Source of the DNA: Scyliorhinus canicula
Taxonomy: Eukaryota
Assembly: GCF_902713615.1 (NCBI RefSeq)
Contig: NC_052146.1
Location: forward strand, 69,460,555 to 69,523,237
Reading direction: 5' to 3'
Length of the DNA stretch: 62,683 bases
Shown here: positions 23,500-34,237 of the stretch, piece by piece
How positions within the stretch are numbered: the stretch's first letter is position 1
Layout: each line of letters opens with the position of its first letter
Position numbers and translations under genes: made by a program
The notes under the pieces: generated by a model
Told to the model about the DNA's origin: nothing
Databases searched by the model: none
What the model saw: the letters and a program-made list of their open reading frames with translations, nothing else

Positions 23500-24930
23500 C
23501 AGTCACAGATGCCTACAAGACAGAAAAGGCTCTTTGGCCCATCACGTCTGCACCCGTCAAAAACAACCACCGAAGTAATCTAATCCCATTTTCCAGCACT
23601 TGGCCCATATCCTTGTATGCTGTGTCATTGCAAGTGTACATCTAAATACTTCTTAAATGTTCTGAGGGTCTCTGCCTCCATCACTCTTCCAGGCAGTGAG
23701 TTCAAGACTCCCACCAAAACGTTTTTCCTGACATCCTCTGAATCTCTTGCCCCTCACCTTAAATCTATGCCCCATGTCATTGATCCCTCTACCAAGGGGA
23801 AACGTTTCTTCCTGTCTGCTCTATCCATGCCACTCATAATTTTATGCATGGCCCCCTTCAACCCCAGTTTCCTCTGCTACAAGGAAAACAACCCTAGTCT
23901 ATCCAATCTCTCTTCATAGCTAAAACTCTCCAGCCCAGGCAACATCCTCTGCACTCTTTCCAGTGCTCTAAGATCCCTCCTATAATGTGAATTCCACAAC
24001 TGTACACAATACTCTAGCTGTGGTCTAACCAACGTTTTATATACTTCCAGCATAACCTCCCTGCCCTTAAACTCTATGCCTCGCCTAATAAAGGCAAATA
24101 TAATGAGGAGCACCGATAAGGTAGATAGTCAACATTTTCCCCCAAAGGTAGAGGAGTCTAGAACTAGAGGGCATAGGTTTAAGGTGAGAGGAGAGAGATA
24201 CAAAAGAGACCAAAGGGAAAATTTCTTCACACAGAGGGTGGTGAGCATCTGGAATGGGCTGCCAGAGGCAGTGGTAGAGGCGGGTACAATTTTGTCCTTT
24301 AAAAAGCAGTTAGACTGTTACATGGGCAGGGTGGGTATAGAGGGATATGGGCCAAATGCAGGCAAGTGGGCTGAATTTAGTGATAGAAACTGGGCTGCAT
24401 GGACCAGGTGGGCTGAAGGGCCCCTTTCCATGCTGTAAACACCTATGGCTCTATGACTCCATATGCATTCTTAACCACTATATCTATCTATCCTGCTACC
24501 TTAAAGGACCGATGTGCATGCACACCAAGGTCCCTCTGATCCTCAGTGCTTCCCAAGGTCTTGTCGTTTACTCTGTCCCCTTGCCTTGTTTATCCTGCCC
24601 AAATTCATCACCTCACGCTTATCCGATTGAATTCCATTTGCCTCTGATCAGCCCATCTGACCAACTGGTCTATAATCTCCTGTAATTTAAGGCTATCCTC
24701 TTCACCAGTTATTACAGTACCAATTTTCGTATCATCCACGAATTTACTGATCACCCCTCCAACCTTTCTATGTGATACTTTGCTAAATGATTTCTTAAAA
24801 TCTATGTAAACAGCATCCATTAAATTCCCTTCATGGGCCATTTTGTTACTTCAACAGAAAATTTAGTTTAACTAGTTAAATACAATTTGCAAGTACTAGC
24901 TCACTTTAATAAACTCAAATCTCTCGGATT
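23500..24930 (-). mobile_element. CR1 LINE 3' portion interrupted by a + strand CR1 3' end (about 24100-24460)
   Basis: ORFs 23877-24113 and 24608-24841 (minus); ORF 24076-24438 (plus; RTRGHRFKVRG...NFFTQRVVSIWNGLP). Confidence 0.85.
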
Positions 24931-25846
24931 ACTGCAATGTTTCACTCTTGGTTATTGTTTCTGAAATGTTATTCATCACTGATGTTAAACTGTCATGGCA
25001 GCTTTTTTCAGTGGTAAGTTGTCATTGCCTTCCACTCTCTGGGGCAGGGCGAGGCGGCTGTACCCGAGACCACCGCAGGTGGAACGGGAATAGAACCTGC
25101 GCTGTTGACTCGGCCGCCAAGTGCGTATGCACCTCGAGGAAAAAAACGAAAGATGCTGTCATTATTAGCTATTAATAGTTTAGTTTGTTTTGAACATTTA
25201 AAGATTTGTTAGAAATTTTCATTGATATTTTTAAACAAGGCGCGTATGGGATTTGGAATAATATTTTCTATATTAATATCTTCATCTTGAGTTTCCATTC
25301 CTACGTTTCATCTTGCAGTTTCCATAGCTATCACAATACTAATTAATAACTGCTACATTTGACTCATTCACCATTCATTCCTCAATACGTTGATACTATG
25401 AATTTGCAGTTTCCTGTGACATTAAGATTAATTAATGACTTTTTTTGCGAAAGGCTCCATCTCATCGTCTACATTTTTCTCAGAGCATCTAATTCACCGA
25501 GGCTTCTCAAGATTGTCACTTCACTAACATCCTAAGGAGGAACAAAATAAAACATTCCTGTGCGGGGTTGTCAATGAGGACAGTGCTCAATTTCTTTGAT
25601 TCCTCGCTATGTATAAATCAGATCACAACCTGCACTCTGCCCTACCAATTGAAGTTTCCAGGAATCTCAGAGACATTAACCAGCTTCCCCCTTTTATTCC
25701 TTAGGCTTCTAAAGCTCCAAAATGCCGTTCACCCAATCCCCATGTCTCACCTACCCTTGTATTTTCTGCTATTCAATTATTCCCGCTTTGCATTCTATTT
25801 TTTGGCATTTTGTTCCTCTCTTTCTAAAATAGCTTGCAAACGCTCT

Positions 25847-25916
25847 ATGCAAATATTAGTCAACTCAAATCTTATTGCCCGTTTTAGGTGATGGACATTT
25901 GCATGCATATTTAAAA
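25847..25916 (+). promoter_or_regulatory. Ig light-chain promoter: two inverted octamers and TATA-like box
   Basis: ATGCAAAT 25847-25854, ATTTGCAT 25897-25904, TATTTAAAA 25908-25916, 110-180 bp upstream of the leader ATG. Confidence 0.8.
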
Positions 25917-26025
25917 TTCAATGACGTTGTCAAGGTTCAAACGTCTTAAGGAGAGGGTTAGAAAGAGCCCAGCAACACATTGTGCCAGAAAGTATTTCAG
26001 TCTGAACCTCAATAGAACCTTCACC

Positions 26026-26074
26026 ATGGCTGAATGGGTTGGAGTTCTTGCAGCACTAATGCTTTGTCTCCACA
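26026..26074 (+). CDS. IGL: IgL leader exon
   Basis: Kozak CACCATGG, hydrophobic MAEWVGVLAALMLCLH, donor GTAAGT at 26075. Confidence 0.95.
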
Positions 26075-29000
26075 GTAAGTGTTACTTTAACCTTCCCTAT
26101 TGCTGCTATTTACATTGTTCCCGTTGTTTGTGCTTGGGTTTAACGTAGCTGAATAACAAACAATAGCGACAATTGTAGAGTTTGACAAATCAATAACTTA
26201 CTTATTTCACCAGGTACGATCGGAGACCCTGTCCTAACCCAGCCAGGATCCATCTCAACCTCCCCGGGGGAAAATGTCAAGATCACCTGTACCATGTCCG
26301 GAGGCAGCATCAGTAGCTACTACACGAGCTGGTACTGGCAGAAACCCGGCAGTGCCCCTGTGCTTGTGTGGAGTGAGTACAGTGGTAAACCTTCCAATAT
26401 CCCCGATCGGTTCATGGGTTCTGTGGACTCATCGAGTAACCAGATGCATTTAACGATCAGCAACGTGCAATCGGAGGACGCCCCAGATTATTACTGTGCT
26501 GTGGCGAGTTCAGGGATATACACCTTTGGAAGAGGAACCAAGCTGAACCTAGACAGTAAGTAAATTAATTGCCGCATTTCTGTAAACATTTTAAAAAACA
26601 CTTTAAAACTATTGGGATGGTTGATTAAATTGGAGCAAATTAAGACTGTTGCTCATAAAATATATTTAGACGCAGCTAACGAACCAGTCAGTGTCTTGCG
26701 ACACGGAAGAGAGTCAGGCACAATTGCGGCCAATTTTACAGGCAGTACCCATGCTTTAGAAAGTGTACAGGAGGAATTTTTTCTCAGATAAAACCTGACT
26801 GCCGAGTTTTAATTTGGAGAGAACCAGAGTGAAACCCGGTTCACCGGGAGCTTCCGGAATGGTGTGGCCGAAATTTGCTCCATTATCTTGCAGCATAATA
26901 GATGCTGAAATATTCACCTCCCGACCAATCAGTAACCCGAGGACGTCAACTAACTCTCATTGCGAGAAGTTTGAAGGGACAGGATAGGATATATTCTTTA
27001 GCCAAGGGACTGTTCGCACTGCTGACTCTTACCTATAATAACAGGGTGAGCAGAAACATCGCAATGTTTCAACGCAAAACGGAGAAACATTTATAGAAGG
27101 AAAAAACAATAGATTAGAAATAGACTCAATGCGCGGTCTTTTCAAAGACGGCGGTTCATTCTGTGTTCCAGAATTCCAAGATTGTATGGATCCCCCCAAA
27201 AAATAGATTGACTCACAGCCCCGGTTAAAAGGTGAAGACGCAAAATCAAAATTTCATTCCACTTCGAGCAATAGCGCACATCAAAACCCTTCTCGGATTC
27301 ATCAGGTTAACGTGACAACTTGCTGCAACTTAATTTCGGTTCTAAATCCAGAGCAAACCGTTCAGAGAAATATTCTCAATCTTCCATTTCGCAATAATCC
27401 CGGAGGAGAACAATAAACGTACTAGTAATCAACTCGTTATAATCATCCCTACTCCTCCAATATCAGCATAACGGAATAACAAGCACCCTAATTGACATTC
27501 CCTTAATATCTCACCGGTTCATTATCTTCCATCCGATTAAATGTGTGTGTATCTCAGACGAGGTTTTCAGATCTGTGTACCTGATTTTTGATTCACTCAG
27601 TTGAACTTCGCTGTTGGTTCTATAATTAGCCAGAAAGGAGTTGTGCTTTGAGTGTTCCGTTTACTCTATTGCCATTTTGATTTGACTTTCAGCTGGCATC
27701 ATGGTGAAAAGGGCTGAGATGAAATACAAAAGGGAAAAGGCTCAATCATATTTTCAGTTATTTATCTAATAATACACACCTGTCAGAAATGTTAGCGTAA
27801 AATCCCTTTCGTTTAGACAATATTATCAACTGATGTCAAAAGCTGCTCAATAATCCCACGGGCGGCACGTTCGCACCGTGGCTAGCACTACTACCTCACA
27901 GCGCAGCGCCAGGGACCGGGGTTCAATTCGGTGGAGATTTTCCATTTGCTCTCCGTGTCTCGGAGGGTTCTTCGGCTTCCTCCCATAGTCCAAAGATATG
28001 CAGTTTAGGTGGATAGGCCATGCGAAATTGGTCCTTAGTGTCCAAGGTGGATTGTCCCTTAGTGCCCAATGTTACGGGGGTAGGGCAGAGTGTGGGTCTA
28101 ACTGCCGGCTCGATGGATCGAACGGTCTCCTTCTGCCCTGAATGGATTATGTGAGTTTCAGATATTTCAGTATCACGGTGTTCATTATAAAGCTCCGATG
28201 ATAAAGGTCAACGGCACTTATCAGGCTGCCCGGAGTGTCAGCCTCCTAGATATAACGTTAAAAAAGTAAGACGAGCTTGTAGGTTCCAAGGAAAAATTCT
28301 CCCAATGTTAAACCGACACGGGGAGGTTTGGGACTGCCAAGACCCGTCCATAGTGCTGACACTGCATTTCAATATTACAACCAATCGTAGCGGCTGGCCT
28401 ATATTACAAAAACTGAACAAAGTAGTATTGTTTCAATCTTTTCTTACATTAAATTAACAATTTACCAGGAGTTTCTCATTGCAGCTGGTGCTTATATGCA
28501 CGGTGTAAACATTCAGTTAAAGAGAGTGTGGCAGTTTATCTTCAACCTCTTACATTGGGTGAAATGTTAGTATCATGGGGATATTTATTTTTAATAATAA
28601 ACTGAAAGAACTATCATTCCTGTAGCAACCCCTCGGGACATCCGAACTTGCTTTACAATCAATTGTGCGCATTTTATTTTCAGGATAGTCCTGTTTGGTG
28701 TGTAAGGAAAGCGGGAGCTGATTTCCGCGCAGCAAGACCCTCAAACACCAATCACCAATTATTCTGTTCAAGCGATATTGGCTGAGAGATAAATAGTGGC
28801 CAATTCATGTTGGTTGCATTGTTTGCATATTGAGGTTGTTGGTGGGTTAGTATTATAGAAAGCATGGGTTAAATAACATGGGTTATTTGTTGGAAACTGT
28901 TTCCTGTTTGGTGAAGATGTTAACACTTGCGACACTGTGAGCCCAAAGGGCCGTGATTAGGGAAGCATACGGTAGCATAGTGGTTAGCACAATTGCTTCA

Positions 29001-30242
29001 CAGCCCAGGGTCCCAGATTCCATTCCCGGCTTGGGTCACTGTGGGGAGTCTGCACGGTCTCCCGTTTGTGTAGGGCTTTCCTCCGGTTTCCTCCCACAGT
29101 CCAAAGATGTGCCGGTTAGGTGGATTGGCCATGCTAAATTGCCCTAAGTGTCCAAAATTGCCCTTAGTGTTGGGTGTGGTTGCTGGGTTATGGGAATAGG
29201 GACTTGGGTAGGGTGCTCTTTCCAAGAGCCGATGTAGACTCGATGGGCTGAATGGCCACCTTCTGCGCTGTAAATTCTATGATATCTATGATCTTCCCGA
29301 AGGGAGTAACTCTTGAATGTAGCCGAACAGTCTTCTGAAGTGTCACACATGAAACCATAGTCGGACCGTGGTTGGGGCTGTGGGGCGACTGGGTGTGAGA
29401 CCGGGAGAGAAACAGTGTGCAATCTACGAAAGAGCAGATCGGCCATGTTAGTGACAGAAATCCAGATATTAGCCCAATGTTTCCCACTTCCGTGAAAATA
29501 GATTCAAGTTGGAATTTTTTTAATCGTTTGTTTAACAGTAAATTGCTTAGAGTCGAGTGTTCTGAGTTTCATTTGCTACCAATCTGTCCTAAGATTTATT
29601 CCGAATGCCAATTATTTGCTTTATATATCCTGATATTATTTCCTGTTAAAATTGTCCGTTAAAATTCTATTTCCTCTTAAGATGTTGCAGGTGTTTACTG
29701 CCATGCAGAAAACGTCGGATATTTTAACAGGTTATATATTGTTCAGGACTGTTGGGACCAGTAGTTGTGCAGTTAACAGTAACGAGAGTTCCTTCTATTC
29801 CATTCACCATAGCTTTGTACAGTGACGTGCAATCTTCAAATATTTCAACAACGGAAAACAGTGGTTACGATTTTGTAGTCAATTAAGAATGAATCGCCTT
29901 TGTCTTATCTACTTTTCAGATCCACAACCCCCCTCGGTGTCCGTCCTTCCGCCGTCATCGGATCAAATCGCAGCGAAGGACACAGCGACCCTGGTGTGTT
30001 TGGTGAGCGGGTTTAACCCGGGAGCTGCGGAGATTGAATGGACTGTAGACGGCAGTGTCAGAGGGAATGGGGTTGAGACCAGTCGGATCCAGCAGCAGGC
30101 GGACAACACGTTCAGTGTGAGCAGCTATCTGACTCTGTCAGCCTCAGAGTGGAACTCACACGAGCTTTACTCCTGTCTGGTCAAACACGAAACTCAGGCC
30201 AATCCGCTGAAAACAAGTATCTCGCGATCCAGCTGTATGTGA
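26026..30242 (+). CDS. IGL: Immunoglobulin light chain, cartilaginous-fish type II (lambda), germline-joined VJ; join(26026-26074,26214-26555,29920-30242), 237 aa
   Basis: Three phase-1 exons with GT-AG introns splice to a 714-nt open frame: MAEWVGVLAALMLCLHSTIG-DPVLTQP...FGRGTKLNLD-NPQPPSV...SRSSCM*. Confidence 0.95.
26214..26555 (+). CDS. IGL: IgL pre-joined V-J exon
   Basis: Acceptor TTCACCAG; Cys23 (KITC), WYWQKP, YYC, CDR3 AVASSGIYT, FGRG J motif, donor GTAAGT at 26556; no RSS or spacer between V and J. Confidence 0.97.
27860..28150 (+). mobile_element. HE1-like SINE in the J-C intron, older copy
   Basis: GGGCGGCACG head, CCAAAGATATGCAG core, CR1-like tail. Confidence 0.8.
28965..29292 (+). 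mobile_element. HE1-like SINE in the J-C intron
   Basis: Closely similar to 42148-42505; tail GTAAATTCTATGAT. Confidence 0.88.
29920..30242 (+). CDS. IGL: IgL constant (C1-set) exon
   Basis: Acceptor CTTTTCAG; PSVSVLPPS, TLVCLVSGF, IEW, YSCLVKH, penultimate Cys (SSCM*) for the H-L disulfide. Confidence 0.97.
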
Positions 30243-30400
30243 TTTAAACATCTTATGCGCTGATTTGTTATACTTGCAGTAAAGAGGAATGTTTTAAATG
30301 AATCACCACTATTTGCAGTTTGTTGAACCAGTCTCGCTGTCTGTAATTAACGTGTTCACCCTGAACTGCTTCAGTGCAATGTTGCAAATACTCGCAACGT

Positions 30401-30406
30401 AATAAA
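30401..30406 (+). terminator. Polyadenylation signal of the IgL gene
   Basis: First AATAAA, 158 nt after the stop, followed by T/GT-rich sequence. Confidence 0.7.
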
Positions 30407-30559
30407 ATTATTTCTGTTATCTCATGTGCTGTTATTATTTTTTTATCTCCTTCTACGGAAACAATTGATAACTTCCTAATTGTGAGAAATCCCGAAGTTT
30501 TATTTTTTCTTACATTCTGCACATTTTATATCAAGTCAGTGACATCAGTCGGTATCAAG

Positions 30560-30760
30560 TCTAACGATGACCGTGAAACCATTATCCATTGTCCTAAGAA
30601 AACATCAGATTCACTGAAATCCCCAAGAGAAGGAAATCTGCCATCCTTATTGCTCTGGCCTACATGTGACTCCAGACCGACAACAATGTGGTTGACTCTT
30701 AACCTCCCTCTGAAATGACTTAGCAGCCATCTTAGCTCAAGTGCAATTAGGGATGGGCAG
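30560..30760 (+). mobile_element. Deu-domain SINE core
   Basis: GGAAATCTGCCATCCTT...CTGGCCTACATGTGACTCCAGACC...GTGGTTGACTCTTAACCTCCCTCTGAAATG. Confidence 0.7.
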
Positions 30761-31069
30761 AAAATTATACACACGTACACGTGGAAGTCATTTTGCAACA
30801 TATTTTTAAAGGTAACTCTGGCTGAATTTTGTCGTGTCAGAATAAAGGTGATCGCTATGTTCATGACAAGAGCTCACAGCACTTAGTGTCAGAGTTTCTA
30901 ACTCACCTAGTTACACATATTCAGGACCGATCTCCTGGCTTGTTTTTAAATTATCCGATGATCCGATTTAATTGGTTAGTAAAGCACATTTTGAAGCAAT
31001 TTCTATTAGTCGCAGTCATAACTATAGATTCTATGAGACATTGGCCCGAAAGCAGCTCAAATAAGATAA

Positions 31070-31281
31070 AGTCAAAGTATTGCGGATGCTGGAAAGTCCC
31101 AATAAGAGCACAAAGTGCTGGAACAACTCAGCAGGTCTGTCAGCCTCCTTGTCGAGAGGAACAGAGTTCATTTTCCGAGTCCAGTATGACTCCTCTTCCA
31201 GTATGACCCCGGAAAGAAGAGCTATATGGAGTTGAAAAATGAACTCTGTTTCTCTCTCCACAGATGCTGCCAGACCTGCTT
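31070..31281. repeat. Palindromic Penelope-type repeat
   Basis: 45-bp inverted arms 31130-31174 / 31236-31280, 38/45 complementary. Confidence 0.8.
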
Positions 31282-32849
31282 GGTCCCTCTTTTTAAAAAT
31301 TCAACCTCACACTAATCACAAATCATGGTGTCCCTTCAGTACAAAGTATTCTTTGATCAGACTGATTTCGTAATGGAATAAATAAATTGCTACAAGTGGA
31401 ATCGCACGCTGTTAAGGCTTGTAAAAATACAAACTGTAAGAAACTTAGGTGGTGATTTTTAGTATAAGGAAAACAATAATTCAACAGCCCAAATTTACTG
31501 ACGAACCCAACAGGGCCAAAGGGAGCCATGTTGGAAGTGACGTATGGTTTCCTGAAAAGAACTAATTCATGTATTGTTACTCTGGCAATGAATAAAGCAA
31601 ACCAACAGCAAACAATATTATAAACTGAACCTCGATTAATTCAACTTGAAGACTTTAGATTAATCAATAGTTATTCAAAAATGCGGAACTAAATTAACAC
31701 TCCTTATAATCTTTTTAAAACACATGTCACTGCAATTTTGAAAAAGTGTAAACTTAATTTTAGTGTAATATCATTCCTGCATGTACTTTACAGCAATATA
31801 ACGTATAACTATTTTTGAAACGTGTCTGTGACAACAGATTTCAAGCTGCATGCCTTGGCAATGATAGTAAAAGATCTAACCCTTGATAATCAAAATAATT
31901 TGCATTATTCGTTTACCTTTTTAAGTAACCTTTTATAAACTTAGCTGCATGATGTTACTTTTTAAAGTTTTCACATTTAAATCAGGCAATTTCCTTGGAG
32001 TCCATGGAGGGCTATAAGTCAAAAGAATGTCCCCAACAGTTTAAAAACAAAGACAAGGCTGCATATTGTAATGTTCGTGTTCATGGTAACAATAGATAAG
32101 GACCAGGCAACCCACAGAAATAGTTGAATTGATAGACACTGAAGTCAGGTGAACCTCGAATAAAAGATAACTAAAGAGTTATTAATTCATTGGTAGAATT
32201 GGCTTCTAAACTTAAACAAGTTGGCAGTGGGCGCGGTGCGAAAGGAAATTGCTTTTGGGCCGGACTGAAGTAATAGAACTAGGTATGTCCTCTTGGTGCA
32301 TCATTAAGTGGATTGGGCGAACAGATTATTTCAGAACTGGCAAAGCTGCTGTGCCGACTGAGCCAGAGGTGTGGATAAATCAGATTGCAGTAACTGGAAT
32401 CTCCCCCACTCCCCGCAAACCACCATCCCCGAACCCCCGCTCAGCGACCCCCCCCCCCCCCATCCTCCACAACGTTATTCGGTTTCCTGATGAGTGATCC
32501 AGCAGTAAAACTCTTGTTTTTTGGTTTTATATATGTTGCTGCGTTTAGTGTTTAATAGGAGATCACTAAATTTGAATTGGTTTAAGTGAGGTTAAAGATT
32601 TAGAGAGTAAAAAATGAATCCGCATCACTGACACCCACTGTCCTTTGTTGGGACATTTTGTCTCCGAGAACAGCGCCACGTACAAAGGTTCTGATAGAAT
32701 GATCGGAGACCACGTGGACAACTAGACCATGCTAAACAAAACTGAAGTATCACGATCAGAAAATCCAGAAAACAGATTTTCGGAATGAAGCTGATTTCAA
32801 TCCAGTGCAAAGAGAAGCAAGACTGCGTGCCTGATTCAGAAGAGGTGGC

Positions 32850-33125
32850 TGTAGGAATATAGTGGGTGCATTGGTGCTGGCCTTCCGAAATGAGATACAT
32901 TCTGGAACAGTGCCTACAGATTGTATAGTGGCAAATGTAATCTCACTATTTGAGAAATAAGGGAGGGAGAAACCTTTTAGTGTTCAGGGATGAGTAGTTT
33001 ATGTACGGGTACAAGGCCTGGTGGGCACTGGAATGAATCTAGGTAGAGTGCTCTTTCGGAGAGTCGGTGCAGGCTCGATGGGCACAATTGCCTCCTTCTG
33101 CACTGTAGGGTTTCTATGGATTACA
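32850..33125 (+). mobile_element. CR1 RT fragment followed by a SINE 3' tail
   Basis: GTVPTDCIVANVISLFEK-type segment, then GAGTCGGTGCAGGCTCGATGGG...CTTCTGCACTGTAGG tail. Confidence 0.55.
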
Positions 33126-33449
33126 ACGACAAGTGCACCAATGAAATGCTATAATATGACTTGCTGGGTTTGGAATCATTTGACTTTGCCTAAAGTCAAG
33201 GACTTCTGGTGGCACCATATAGGTGGAGGTTGCATGTTGGGTGGCTCCTGCTGGAGTCTTTGTTTTTCAGATCTTTATGCCCGGTCTCAGGGGTACTTTC
33301 TAGATGAGGTGTTGTGGGGAGTACTAAAGAATCGTTGGAATGTCATAGTTCCAGAAGAAAGATAAGTGAAGGAAGGGGGTGAGTGAATGTCCACCTGTGT
33401 GTGCTGTTGTGAGTCCAACAGGAGGAAAGATGGTAGTTTTTGGTTAGTC

Positions 33450-34203
33450 GGGTGGAGCCATTCCCATTAGGATTAAAACTCTGACTGAGGTGGTATCAGG
33501 GGAGTTTGAAAGGCTGTGTGTCTAGCACTTAGAGGTGCATTAGAGTGCGATGATGATCTCTCTCAAAGAATGAGTGGAGGAGACGTTTGCCCCAAATAAA
33601 GGCTGCATTGACGAAGGTGTTGATGGAGGTGCGGTAGCAAAGAGAGAAGGTGAAGGGAGTGGAGGAGGCATTATCGCAGCATAGCAACCTCGATGGACGA
33701 GCCACTGTGGAGGGTGGCGGAGGTCAATAAAGGGCTAAGAGCCAAGGTGGAGGACCCGGACAACAGTAAAGAGGTTGAATGCTTTCTCGCACTTGAAGAG
33801 TTTGAAAGCTGATGTGGTGATGCTGCAAGAGACCCATCTGAAGGTGAAGAATCAGATGAGGCTCAGGAAGGGTTGGGTGAGCCAGGTGTACCATTCAGGG
33901 TTTGATAGTAGGGCCCGGATTGTGGTGATTTTGGTGGCAAGCAGGTGAGGTTTCAGATGGAGAAGGTGATGGTGGATCAGCGGGGCAGGGACATGATCTT
34001 AACAGATGCACTGGAGGGGAGGTTGGTGGCGTTGGTTAGCGTATATGCCCCCAATTGGGCTAACATGGGGTTTGTAAAGAAAATGATGGCTGCCATTCTG
34101 AATCTGGATACCCATGAATTGATTATGGGGGCTTTTGGAACAGAGTGCTGGAAGCAATTTGGACAGGTCCCAGCTGTGCTCGCTGACCCCATCAGGAGGG
34201 GGT

Positions 34204-34237
<34 letters not shown>

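Noticed and set aside
24990-25150. GC-rich patch with B-box-like GGGAATAGAACC upstream of the promoter
   Set aside because: Too short and degenerate to call a tRNA or SINE; no cloverleaf could be built.
26492-26498. Cryptic heptamer TACTGTG at the V 3' end
   Set aside because: An automatic consequence of Tyr-Cys-Ala codons; no nonamer at the proper spacing.
28881-28939. GGTTATTTGT ... CACTGTG resembling a J-type RSS in the J-C intron
   Set aside because: The spacer is 42 bp, not 12 or 23; the 12/23 positions match the nonamer at 4/9 or less; no FGxG J follows.
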